DNA of 30,459 bases. It comes from Pseudonocardiales bacterium. Lineage in GTDB: Bacteria; Actinomycetota; Actinomycetes; Mycobacteriales; Jatrophihabitantaceae. Below the pieces are notes generated by a model. The model was given only the letters and a program-made list of their open reading frames with translations. It was not told the origin of the DNA and searched no databases. Below are positions 1 through 8,416 of the stretch, in pieces. The DNA is taken from positions 1 to 30,459 of the forward strand of contig JAVHVL010000642.1 in the NCBI GenBank assembly GCA_032160565.1, in the 5' to 3' direction. Position 1 is the first letter of the stretch, and every line of letters starts with the position of its first letter. A program made the translations under genes and the position numbers.

Positions 1-99
1 ATCATGCGGGACACGCCGCATCTGGTCGTAGACGGCGAGTCGCTCTGGTTCTGCAACCCGCACTGCCGCGAAACCTACGCCACCATCTCGGGACAATAG
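1..99 (+). CDS. 3' end of a YHS-domain-containing protein, probably XdhC/CoxI family (partial, 5' end outside window)
   Basis: Frame 1 reads IMRDTPHLVVDGESLWFCNPHCRETYATISGQ* (TAG 97-99). The pattern DG..(W/Y)FC...C is YHS-like, and the gene lies directly upstream of the mocA-coxD-coxG-coxE block. Confidence 0.55.
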   Translation: MMRDTPHLVVDGESLWFCNPHCRETYATISGQ

Positions 100-102
100 G
101 CC

Positions 103-375
103 TTGTTCGTCAACGGAATCGTGCTCGCGGGCGGCGGATCACGAAGGGTCGGCCGGCCGAAACCGTTGCTGCCGCTGCGCGGGGCCACGCTGCTCGACGC
201 AACGGTGACGCTCGCGCGCGGCTGCGGGTCATCCCTGCGAACGACGGTGAACCGGGTCGACGGTCGTGCCGACGGCGTAGTGCTGCTGCTCGGCGATCAG
301 TCGGACGTGCAGATCGACGTCGACGCGTGGGAGGACTACGAAGCGCTGCTAGCCGCAGAAGTTGGCTCACGATGA
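103..375 (+). pseudogene. MocA/YgfJ-like molybdenum cofactor cytidylyltransferase remnant with two apparent in-frame internal deletions
   Basis: Retains the N-terminal LAGGGSRRVGRPKPLLP motif, the central VLLLGDQ motif and the C-terminal IDVDAWEDY motif in only 90 aa, whereas the family is about 190-200 aa. Its stop overlaps the coxD start (ATGA 372-375). Confidence 0.75.
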
Positions 376-1262
376 ATGCCGAGTTCGCCGACGCCGACGA
401 CGTGCAGCGCCGTCTCGACCGGATCGACTACCTCGTCGACGAAGGCATGGCCACCGCGCTGTACCTGGCGACGGTCCTCGGCCAGCCACTGCTGCTCGAG
501 GGCGAGCCGGGAGTGGGCAAGACTGCGGCGGCGAAGGCGCTGGCCGTTGCGCTGGACACCCCCCTCATCCGGTTGCAGTGCTACGAGGGGCTGACCGCCG
601 GCGAGTCCCTGTACGAATGGAACTATCAGCGGCAGCTGCTCGCGATCCGGCTCGGCGAGGCCGCGCCAGGGACTCCGACGAAGGCTGATCTCTTCACCGA
701 GGAGTTCCTGCAGGAGCGCGCCATCCTGCGCGCGGTCCGTTACGACGGCCCGCGTCCGCCGGTACTTCTCATCGACGAGATCGATCGGGCCGACGACGAG
801 TTCGAGGCACTGCTGTTCGAGTTCCTGGGCGAGGCGTCGGTGACAGTCCCCGAACTCGGCACGTTCACCGCGGCCCGCCGGCCGATCGTCGTGTTGACGT
901 CCAACCGCAGCCGGGAGCTTCACGACGCGCTGCGGCGACGATGCCTCTATCACTGGATCGACTTCCCGTCGGCGCTGCGAGCCGCCGAGATCGTGCGCCG
1001 GTCCGTGCCGTCTGCGAATGAGGCGCTCATCGGCTCGACGACCGAGTTCATCGGCCGCGTGCGGGAGCTCGACCTCGACAAGAAACCGGGGATGGCCGAG
1101 GCAATCGACTGGGTCTCCGCGCTCTCGGCACTCGGTGTCACCGACCTGATCCGGCCGGACATCATCCGCACTCTCGGCTCGATCGCGAAGACACCGGATG
1201 ACCGCACCACCATCGTGTCGGTCCTCGAGGATCTGGGTTTCGCCCAGACCGAATCCGCTTGA
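372..1262 (+). CDS. coxD: MoxR-family AAA+ ATPase, CoxD-like
   Basis: Walker A GEPGVGKT, LIRLQCYEG, Walker B LLIDEIDR and the TSN...LHDALRRRC sensor/Arg-finger region. Start taken at ATG 372, which is coupled to the upstream stop. Confidence 0.9.
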   Translation: MNAEFADADDVQRRLDRIDYLVDEGMATALYLATVLGQPLLLEGEPGVGKTAAAKALAVALDTPLIRLQCYEGLTAGESLYEWNYQRQLLAIRLGEAAPGTPTKADLFTEEFLQERAILRAVRYDGPRPPVLLIDEIDRADDEFEALLFEFLGEASVTVPELGTFTAARRPIVVLTSNRSRELHDALRRRCLYHWIDFPSALRAAEIVRRSVPSANEALIGSTTEFIGRVRELDLDKKPGMAEAIDWVSALSALGVTDLIRPDIIRTLGSIAKTPDDRTTIVSVLEDLGFAQTESA

Positions 1263-1284
1263 GTTCACATCGAAGGGGCCCTTG

Positions 1285-1452
1285 ATGAAGATCGACAACG
1301 AGTTCACCATGGGCGTCCCCGTCGAACGCGAGTGGAAAGTGCTCACCGACCTGGAGGGCATCGCCCGCGGTTCGGCGTACAGGCGCCTCGTCCCGCTCAC
1401 AGTCCTGGTCGTGATCGTCGTCGCAGTGATTGTGTACGTCATTGTCCGGTAG
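1285..1452 (+). pseudogene. coxG: CoxG/SRPBCC-family remnant: N-terminus joined in frame to the C-terminal membrane anchor
   Basis: MKIDNEFTMGVPVEREWKVLTDLEGIA is a typical CoxG start. It is followed directly by RGSAYRRLVPLTVLVVIVVAVIVYVIVR, a typical CoxG C-terminal TM anchor. Total length is 55 aa, with SD-like GAAGGGG upstream. Confidence 0.72.
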
Positions 1453-2656
1453 TACCGGCGGGTCCGCGCTCCTGCGCGGGATAGACCGGGCCGCGTTCGC
1501 CGTCGCGCTTGCGGTGCGGCTGCGATCACGAGGCGTCCCGGTCGGGTTCACCGCCATCGACGACTTCGTCCGCGCTCTGGACGCGATGCCTCCCGACTCC
1601 CGCTCCCGGCTGTACTGGACTGCCCGAATCACCTACACCCGTCGGCATGCGGAGCTGGCGGTCTTCGACGCGGTGTTCGCCAGCGTCTTCGACGACGCAG
1701 TACTCGAGCTGGACCCGAACGCACGGCGGCGCCCACGGCCCAACGCCGTCCCGGACGACGAACGTTTCGCGTCGGTGCCGGGCGGCTCGCCGGAGGAGGA
1801 GGCCGGCTCGGGGTTGCCCTGGATGACGCTGCCCAAGATCGTCGCTGACGCTGAAGAGTCGGAGCGGACGCTCGCTGTCCCGGAGCGGTTGCCAAGCGAT
1901 GTCGCGGCCCTGGTCGACGTCCCGTTCGAGCAGTTGGACGCCGAGAACACCGAACTGCTCGGCCGGTGGTTGTCGTCGGTCGTGCATTCGTGGCCGACGC
2001 GACGCTCGCGGCGAATGCGGATCGATCGAGGTGGGCACCGGGTAGCTCTGCGGCCGACCATTGCACGATCGCGGCGCACCGGATGGGAACCGGTCGAATT
2101 GGTCCGCGTCACGCCGGTCGACAAGCCCCGTCCGGTGATGATGCTGTGCGATGTCAGCCAGTCCATGCAGGCGCAGGCCCCCGCCTACCTCACCCTGATG
2201 CGGGCGTTGGCTCTCGCCGACGCGGAGGTGTTTGCCTTTGCCACGACGCTGACCCGCCTCACGTCCGTCCTCACCCACCGTTCGAGCGATGTCGCCATCG
2301 AACAGGCCACAGCGAAGGTGACCGACCGGTTCACCGGAACGCGCATCGCGACGAACATTCAGGCCCTGCTGGCCTCCCACCACGCAGGGGCGGTCCGCGG
2401 CGCAGTGGTGATCATCGCCTCGGACGGCTGGGACAGCGATCCGCCGGAGCAGCTGGCCGCGGCGATGGCTCGGCTGCAGCGACGCGCCTTCCGGGTGATC
2501 TGGATGAACCCGCGGGCCGGGGCTCAGGGGTTCGAACCGCGCGTAGCCACGATGGCGGCGGCGCTGCCGTACTGCGACCGGCTGATTCCGGCCGATACGT
2601 TTCGCTCGCTGGCCACGGTCGTCGCGGAGATCGCCCTTTGCGCGCGGCCGAGGTGA
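1430..2656 (+). CDS. coxE: VWA-domain protein, CoxE-like
   Basis: MIDAS motif DVSQS, EVFAFATTLTRLT, GTRIA, IIASDGWD and RVIWMNPR; partner of the MoxR ATPase. Start is uncertain (TTG 1430 or 1442; no ATG). Confidence 0.88.
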   Translation: MCTSLSGSTGGSALLRGIDRAAFAVALAVRLRSRGVPVGFTAIDDFVRALDAMPPDSRSRLYWTARITYTRRHAELAVFDAVFASVFDDAVLELDPNARRRPRPNAVPDDERFASVPGGSPEEEAGSGLPWMTLPKIVADAEESERTLAVPERLPSDVAALVDVPFEQLDAENTELLGRWLSSVVHSWPTRRSRRMRIDRGGHRVALRPTIARSRRTGWEPVELVRVTPVDKPRPVMMLCDVSQSMQAQAPAYLTLMRALALADAEVFAFATTLTRLTSVLTHRSSDVAIEQATAKVTDRFTGTRIATNIQALLASHHAGAVRGAVVIIASDGWDSDPPEQLAAAMARLQRRAFRVIWMNPRAGAQGFEPRVATMAAALPYCDRLIPADTFRSLATVVAEIALCARPR

Positions 2657-2669
2657 GCGGGCACGTCGG

Positions 2670-3626
2670 TCAGCTCCACAGGGTCACGTGGATCGACGGC
2701 CGGAAGCGGCCGACCGTGACGCCGGAGCCCCGCACCATGGCCTGCGTTGCACGAGGAGTTGTGACAAAGCGGATCAGCTCGGCGACGACCGCGGCAGCGC
2801 CGCGGTCGGCGAGCGCGAGCGTGCTCCAGACCCCGTCCGCCTGCAGCGCCGGACCGGCGACACGTACCAGGTCGCCCTTTGCGATGTCCTGCGAGACGGC
2901 GAAGGCCACTGCCAACGTGATGCCTTTGTCCCGTTTGGCCTCCTCGATGGCGGCCGCGTGACTCTGGAAGATTCGCTGGCGCTCATCCGGCACGTTGAGT
3001 CTTTGCAGGATGCCGGGAACGAGTCCGACGTCGGACGCGGCCGACGGCCCCAGCAGCCAGGTCTGCTCCCGCAGCTGGCCCGGGCTTGCGTGGATCTTCG
3101 TCACCGGATCGTCGGGGCTGGCCACCGCGATGACCTGATAGTTGAGGAAAGGCGTGCAGGCGATCGATTCGTCGAGGGACGGCGGCCGCGGACCGATTGC
3201 GACGTCGATCGAGCGGGTCAGCAAGAGGTCCGCGAAGCTCCGCGGACTGTGCACGCTCAGTTCGACATCCAGATCGTCGGCGCGACTGGCGAACAGGTCG
3301 ATGAGACCTGGCGCCGCATGCTCGGCGAACAGGCTGGAGGCGGCGACCCGGAGCAGTCGACGCCCGCCGCCGGCCTGGCTCACTTCGAGGATCGTTCGGT
3401 CCTGCAGCCCGAGCATCTCTGCCGCACGGCTCGCCAGGCGCAGACCGCCCGGGGTGAACGCCAAGCCGGACCCGGTGCGGATGAAGAGGCGATCACCGAG
3501 TTCCTTGCGCAGCTGGCCTACGTGCAGCGATACCGCGGCCTCCGAGACGCCGAGGTCGGCGGCCGCCTTCTTGACCGAACCGAGCCGCACAATCGCTGCG
3601 AACGCGCGCAGCTGGGTCGGTGTCAT
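2670..3626 (-). CDS. cutR: LysR-family transcriptional regulator, CutR/Rv0377-like (CO dehydrogenase regulator)
   Basis: N-terminal HTH MTPTQLRAFAAIVRLGSVKKAAADLGVSEAAVSLHV...LAFTPGGLRLASRA and C-terminal RFRPSIHVTLWS match, as I recall them, the mycobacterial cox-cluster LysR. AAGGA SD precedes ATG 3626. Confidence 0.85.
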   Translation of the reverse strand: MTPTQLRAFAAIVRLGSVKKAAADLGVSEAAVSLHVGQLRKELGDRLFIRTGSGLAFTPGGLRLASRAAEMLGLQDRTILEVSQAGGGRRLLRVAASSLFAEHAAPGLIDLFASRADDLDVELSVHSPRSFADLLLTRSIDVAIGPRPPSLDESIACTPFLNYQVIAVASPDDPVTKIHASPGQLREQTWLLGPSAASDVGLVPGILQRLNVPDERQRIFQSHAAAIEEAKRDKGITLAVAFAVSQDIAKGDLVRVAGPALQADGVWSTLALADRGAAAVVAELIRFVTTPRATQAMVRGSGVTVGRFRPSIHVTLWS

Positions 3627-3800
3627 CTTGGCAGTCCTTGGAGAGGGGTCGGCGCTCCGCGACGACACACCGAAACTACCTCGTCGGTCCCCTCGCAGTG
3701 TGCGAACGAAAACCGTCCGGCGGCGAGTTCTATTCGACTCGCGGGTCATCCGTTCTGCCTGACGACTCGGGTTCCGCCCGCGGCCCAGTAGCCACGGCGC

Positions 3801-4796
3801 CTACCGATCGACCGAGTCCGGCGCACGGGCATCACACGACGCCGGGGCTGCCTGGTCGGTCTGTCGAGGACGCCGCATGCTGACGACGACCGCCACGGTA
3901 AGCGCGGCGACGATGACGGCGAGGCTGAGTAGCGAGGGGATTCGCGGTATCGAGGTGCTGATCGTCTCGTGCCCGGCCTGCAAGAAGAGCTTGGCGCCGA
4001 TGAACGCCAGGATGAACGCCAGTGCCTTGCCGAGGTGGTGGAATCGGTCGAGCATGCCGGACAGCAGGAAATACAGGGCGCGCAGGCCGAGGATCGCGAA
4101 CGCGTTGCTCGAGTAGACGATGAACGCGTTGTCGCTGACCGCAAGCACGGCGGGCACGCTATCGACGGCGAAGATGATGTCGGCCGCTTCGATCGCCGCA
4201 ACGACGGCGAGCAGCGGGGTGCCGATCCGCCTGCCGGCCTCGCGGATGACGAACCGGGTGCCGTGGTACTCGTCGGTGATCGGGACCAGTTTGCGCAGCA
4301 GCCGCACCGACAGGCTCTTGCCCGGGTCCATGTTGTCCTCGCCGCCGCCCCCACGCAGCAGCTTGAGTGCGCTCCAGACCAGGACGGCACCGAAGAGGAA
4401 CAGCACCGCAGTGAAACGGGTGACGACGGCGACACCCGCAGCGAGGAAGATGCCGCGGAACAGCAACGCTCCCAGCACGCCGAAGAACAGCACCCGGTGT
4501 TGGTAGGCCCGTGGCACCTTGAAGTAGGCGAAGATCACCGCGAACACGAACAGGTTGTCCACCGACAGGCTCTTTTCGAGCAACCACGCGGTCGTGAAAT
4601 CGACGGCGGAGCCGGTGCCCAGCGTAAGGCCGAGCACGAGCGCGAAAGCCAGCGAGACACCGACCCACACGCCGCTCCAGGCCGCGGCCTCGCGGAAACC
4701 GATGACGTGTGCGGCGCGGTGGGCGACCAGGTCGACGGTCAGCATGACGAGCACGACCGCGGCAAACGCGATCCAGCCCCACAGCGGGACGGTCAT
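3801..4796 (-). CDS. TerC/Alx family metal homeostasis membrane protein
   Basis: Signature motifs LEKSLSVDNLFVF, QHRVLFFGVLGAL, DIIFAVDSVPA, SNAFAILGLRALYF; multiple TM segments. Confidence 0.93.
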   Translation of the reverse strand: MTVPLWGWIAFAAVVLVMLTVDLVAHRAAHVIGFREAAAWSGVWVGVSLAFALVLGLTLGTGSAVDFTTAWLLEKSLSVDNLFVFAVIFAYFKVPRAYQHRVLFFGVLGALLFRGIFLAAGVAVVTRFTAVLFLFGAVLVWSALKLLRGGGGEDNMDPGKSLSVRLLRKLVPITDEYHGTRFVIREAGRRIGTPLLAVVAAIEAADIIFAVDSVPAVLAVSDNAFIVYSSNAFAILGLRALYFLLSGMLDRFHHLGKALAFILAFIGAKLFLQAGHETISTSIPRIPSLLSLAVIVAALTVAVVVSMRRPRQTDQAAPASCDARAPDSVDR

Positions 4797-4973
4797 CGCC
4801 GGCCGCTTGTCGTCATCACGTTCTTGGCCGGGTCGGGTGTAGGAGATGGGCGCGTTGTCATCATGAGCTCCGAGGGTCGCCGGAGGCCGCCGGTCAGCCG
4901 TCCGTACCCATCACACTGGTTGGCGCCGTAACGGCTTGGGCAGTCCGATCCCGGCCACGTTCGCCGCTGTTCC

Positions 4974-4990
4974 TTGCAGCGTCTCGGCAA
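4974..4990. promoter_or_regulatory. Putative operator TTGC-N9-GCAA upstream of the terC-like gene
   Basis: TTGCAGCGTCTCGGCAA. Its reverse complement, TTGCCGAGACGCTGCAA, resembles the palindrome at 6252-6268. Confidence 0.45.
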
Positions 4991-5000
4991 CCTCGATGCT

Positions 5001-6242
5001 CTACGCGTCGAGCGGTGTCGCCGGCCAGTCGAGCAGCTTCGCGCCGAGAACGGCGGCGTGGAGGGTGAATCGCTGCATCGCGAGGGTGGGGTCGTGGCCG
5101 GTGAGCCGGTGCACTCGGTCCAAGCGGTAGGTAACCGCTCGCACGGACAGGTGCATCGATCGTGCTGCCTGCGCGGCGTTGCCGCCGGCGTCGAAATAGG
5201 CGGCCAGCGTGTCGAGCAGCGGTCGGGCGCCGCCGCGCGCGCGCTCTAGCGGCGCCAGCACGACGCTGACGAGCTCGATGATGGCGCCGCGGTCGCGCAG
5301 CAACACCTGGTACACCAGGAGGTCCGTGGCGAGGACGACCGGCTCCTGGATGCCGAGCCTGGCAGCCAGGTCCAGCGCGTTGCGCGCTTGCTCGTAGGAC
5401 GCGAGGACGCCGGCGGAACCCGGTCCGGGGCGGCCGATGCCGACCTGCCAGGCACCAACCTCGGCGCGGCGGCGCAGGTCCACCCCGCCCTCATCTGACC
5501 TCGCCCGGGCGAGCACGCCGCGCAACGCCCGGATCAGATCGGTGATCGCGTCGGCGGTGGCTGCACCGAAGACGACGACCAGCCGTGCGTCCTTGCTCGC
5601 CACCAGCGCCTCACCGCCGCCCGCGCGGTCCTGCACGGCCCGCTCGATGACCCCCATCAGCGGCGTGCCGTCGGTGAATGGTCGCTCAGCGCGCACGACG
5701 GCTACGGCGTGCGGCCCGGTCAGGTCCAACCCGAAACCGGCCGCGCGATCCAGCAGCCCGGCAACATCAGCTCCGCTGGACAGCAGATCGTCGATGAATT
5801 CCCGGCGCGCCGACTCCTGTTCACGGACCAGGCCGCGCCGGGCTTGTTGATATCCCTCGGCCAGGGCCGCGACCGCGTCGTCCACCGCGCGCAGCACCAC
5901 CTCCCCGGCGATGACCAACGCGCCCGGCCCGGCCGCCGCTTCCTGGACGGCCGGCAGGTGGCGCCACAACCGCCAGGCAGCCGACAGGTACAGATCCAGC
6001 ACCGCGGGGAGCGCGACGCCGTCCCGAGCGGCCTGCTGACCGCGGACCCGGCAGCGCTGCACCTGGCCGCGCGAGATGCGGCGACCCGCGGCGACCGCCG
6101 CGGCAACGCTTGCCAGGAAGTCCCCGAGCAGCTCGGCATCCACCCCACCGGAATCCGTCGCCGCGTCCGCGCCGACTCGCTGCAATACGTCGCTCGGGAT
6201 CTCCCCCTGCGCACGCGCCGAACCACGCCGTCCAGTCCCCAC
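5001..6242 (-). CDS. PucR/CdaR-family transcriptional regulator (helical N-terminal domain, degenerate GGDEF-like domain, C-terminal HTH)
   Basis: C-terminal LLDTLAAYFDAGGNAAQAARSMHLSVRAVTYRLDRVHRLTG HTH, plus ARREFIDDLL and VGIGRP motifs. Likely start is GTG 6242; the ORF track extends to 6377. Confidence 0.9.
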   Translation of the reverse strand: MGTGRRGSARAQGEIPSDVLQRVGADAATDSGGVDAELLGDFLASVAAAVAAGRRISRGQVQRCRVRGQQAARDGVALPAVLDLYLSAAWRLWRHLPAVQEAAAGPGALVIAGEVVLRAVDDAVAALAEGYQQARRGLVREQESARREFIDDLLSSGADVAGLLDRAAGFGLDLTGPHAVAVVRAERPFTDGTPLMGVIERAVQDRAGGGEALVASKDARLVVVFGAATADAITDLIRALRGVLARARSDEGGVDLRRRAEVGAWQVGIGRPGPGSAGVLASYEQARNALDLAARLGIQEPVVLATDLLVYQVLLRDRGAIIELVSVVLAPLERARGGARPLLDTLAAYFDAGGNAAQAARSMHLSVRAVTYRLDRVHRLTGHDPTLAMQRFTLHAAVLGAKLLDWPATPLDA

Positions 6243-6251
6243 CGACTCATC

Positions 6252-6268
6252 TTGCCGGAATCCGGCAC
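6252..6268. promoter_or_regulatory. Perfect palindrome TGCCGGA-A-TCCGGCA in the divergent pucR / zf-TFIIB region; putative operator
   Basis: 7-bp perfect arms at 6253-6259 and 6261-6267, about 10 bp upstream of the probable regulator start, overlapping a possible -10 (CAAGAT on the minus strand). Confidence 0.55.
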
Positions 6269-6429
6269 GTTGGCGCGCGACCGTCGTCCGGAGAACGACT
6301 GCACCTGCCGGGATCGGAAAGGGCATCGTCGAGTACATCGGCGGACAGCCGCTCGCGGGACCGTCATTCCGGGGCACACATCAACCGGCTGGCCGCGCCG
6401 ACCACGACGACCAGGAAAGGAGCATCGCC

Positions 6430-6621
6430 ATGAGCCCGCAGCTGACTTGCCCGAGGTGCGCCGGCGACATGCGCAGCTACGAACGTAGCGGCGTGGAGAT
6501 CGACCAATGCACCCAGTGCCTCGGCATCTACCTCGACCGCGGCGAACTACCGCGGCTCATCGAAGCCGAGGCAGCCTATTTCCAGCCCCAGCAACCGCTA
6601 CCCGCGCCCGCGCACCGCTGA
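6430..6621 (+). CDS. zf-TFIIB (zinc-ribbon) domain small protein
   Basis: CPRC-(x19)-CTQC with the YERSGVEID and GIYLDRGEL motifs; strong SD (AGGAAAGGAG) upstream; 63 aa. Confidence 0.88.
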   Translation: MSPQLTCPRCAGDMRSYERSGVEIDQCTQCLGIYLDRGELPRLIEAEAAYFQPQQPLPAPAHR

Positions 6622-6695
6622 AGCGGCGGAGCGCGCGGTCGGCTGCATAGGCCCAACATTCTGTGCAGAGCACGTCGACACCGGACCGCAGCCGA

Positions 6696-6733
6696 CCGAC
6701 CCCTGTCGGCCAAATGCGATGTCTCCTGACATC
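6696..6733. promoter_or_regulatory. Two adjacent N4-spaced palindromes, possible response-regulator sites
   Basis: CCGAC-CCCT-GTCGG (6696-6709) and GATGTC-TCCT-GACATC (6718-6733); centres are 23 bp apart. Confidence 0.3.
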
Positions 6734-7282
6734 CCGCACCTGGGTCCGAGCATCCTTGCCGTCTGCTGGTCCGTTCTCGTTCATTCGCATGAGGCGGATA
6801 GGGATGGCTGTCGATACGTTCGCCGGTGCGGGCCGGGCGGGCGGTGCAGCGTCAGACCGTCCCGATCCGCAGCCTCGATTCGAGGGTCTTTCGGGTGTGC
6901 CCCCGCGCGTGCACGACCTGGAGGTTTGGGGGGCGCGACGTGCACCAGGATCTGGCTGCGCGGCACGTAGCGGTGGGCTGCGGCCGTGCCCCACCCCCCT
7001 GCGCCGGAACCCGCCTGCGAAGTATCGCTTGTGTTCGTCGGTGTATGCCTGGCCGCCAAGGACTCCTCGATGGGGGGCCGCCTCGTGAAGACCGCCCGAC
7101 AGTCGACGATGCCCTGCCCGGAGAGCCCGTTCATGGGACTCAGCCCAACCCCACACGTTGAGAACGCCAGATCGGAGCAAGATCGGCCGAAGCGCATTGC
7201 CGGAAATCTCGGCGCAATTCCGTCCGACGCCTCCGTCGACGTCAGGGCACAGGACCGCGCTCGCGGACACCTGTCGAGGCTC

Positions 7283-8416
7283 ATGACGAACCGGGCAAGC
7301 AGGACGATCGACGTTGTTCTGTCGCTCATCGTGATGCTGGAGCTCATCCGCAGTGCACCACGTGCGGTTGCCGCCCTGGCCGGCGTCGTCATCGTGGCCA
7401 GCAGCCTCCCGCTTCTCTTCCGGCGCCGGGCCCCCATCACCGTCCTCTGCTGGACGACGGCTACCTGTGCAGCGGGATTCGCGCTCGGATTCGGGTGGAC
7501 TCCGCTGCCCTACGCCCCATTGGTGGCACTGTTCACGGCCGCCTCGTTGGTCGGGCCAAGCCGGTCGCTGAAGGCGGCCACCGCCTGCTCGACACTCCTC
7601 ATCACGTCCGTTGCGATCACCCAGGGAGTCGCCGACGACGATTGGTTCATCGACTGGCCGATCTCACTCGCAGGCGCGTGGATTCTCGGATACGGCGTCC
7701 TGATCTCCCGCGCCCGTACCGGACTCCTCGAACGGCAGGCTGACCAGATCACCAAGGACCAGGCAGCGGCGACGCGGCTGGCGATCCAGCAGGAGCGGGC
7801 CGGGATCGCCCGCGAGCTGCACGACATCGTCGCCCACAACGTCAGCGTCATGGTGGTGCAGGCGAGTGCAGCCAATCGCTCCGCATGCCTGGATTCCGAA
7901 CAGGCTCGAGAGACACTGGCGTCCGTCGCGACGATCGGGCGATCCGCGCTCTTGGAGATGCGCCGGCTCCTCGATGTGTTGGACACCGAGGACGAGCCGC
8001 CGGATCACTGGCCGCTGCCGCGGCTGGAACAGATTCCGGTGCTGGTCATGCACGTTCGGCAGGCGGGGCTGCCGGTCCGTCTGGAGGTTCACGGCGACGT
8101 CCGACCACTGCCCGCGGGCCTGGAGCTCAATGCGTATCGCATCGTTCAGGAGGCGCTGACGAACACGCTCAAGCATGCCGGGCCGGCTACCGCACAGGTG
8201 ACCATCTCGTATCACGCCGACTCGTTGGAGCTGTACGTCCAGGACTCCGGACGCGGCCCCGAGCAACTGAGCGTTGGACGGGGGCTCGTCGGAATGCGGG
8301 AGCGGGTCGGCCTGGTAGGTGGTGTGCTCGACGTCGGCGCCGGGCAGAACGGTGGCTTCGTGGTCGCGGCTCTGCTGCCAGTGCATGAAGTCCAGCAGGG
8401 CGGCGTGATCCCATGA
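7283..8416 (+). CDS. Membrane sensor histidine kinase (HisKA_3, NarX/LiaS-like)
   Basis: Several N-terminal TM helices without a large extracellular loop, H-box IARELHDIVAH, RIVQEALTNTLKHA, and G-box GRGLVGMRERV. Start taken at ATG 7283. Confidence 0.92.
   Translation: MTNRASRTIDVVLSLIVMLELIRSAPRAVAALAGVVIVASSLPLLFRRRAPITVLCWTTATCAAGFALGFGWTPLPYAPLVALFTAASLVGPSRSLKAATACSTLLITSVAITQGVADDDWFIDWPISLAGAWILGYGVLISRARTGLLERQADQITKDQAAATRLAIQQERAGIARELHDIVAHNVSVMVVQASAANRSACLDSEQARETLASVATIGRSALLEMRRLLDVLDTEDEPPDHWPLPRLEQIPVLVMHVRQAGLPVRLEVHGDVRPLPAGLELNAYRIVQEALTNTLKHAGPATAQVTISYHADSLELYVQDSGRGPEQLSVGRGLVGMRERVGLVGGVLDVGAGQNGGFVVAALLPVHEVQQGGVIP

Noticed and set aside
336-4931. Long antisense or alternate-frame ORFs (336..1529, 1966..2961, 2688..3791, 3969..4931)
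   Set aside because: Shadows of motif-bearing genes in high-GC DNA; their translations are Arg/Pro/Ala-rich and have no family motifs.
4797-5000. yybP-ykoY Mn riboswitch expected upstream of a TerC/Alx gene
   Set aside because: I could not identify the conserved aptamer elements by eye; an Infernal scan is needed to exclude it formally.
7197-7217. TTGCCGGAA, identical to the left arm of the PucR-region palindrome, upstream of the kinase
   Set aside because: The right arm is not at the matching spacing, and a 9-bp GC-rich match is expected by chance.
6986-7282. N-terminal extensions given by the ORF track (also 3627..3749, 6243..6377, 18146..18412, 22260..22484)
   Set aside because: Low-complexity sequence with no domain content. 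Better starts with an SD or a stop/start overlap exist downstream.
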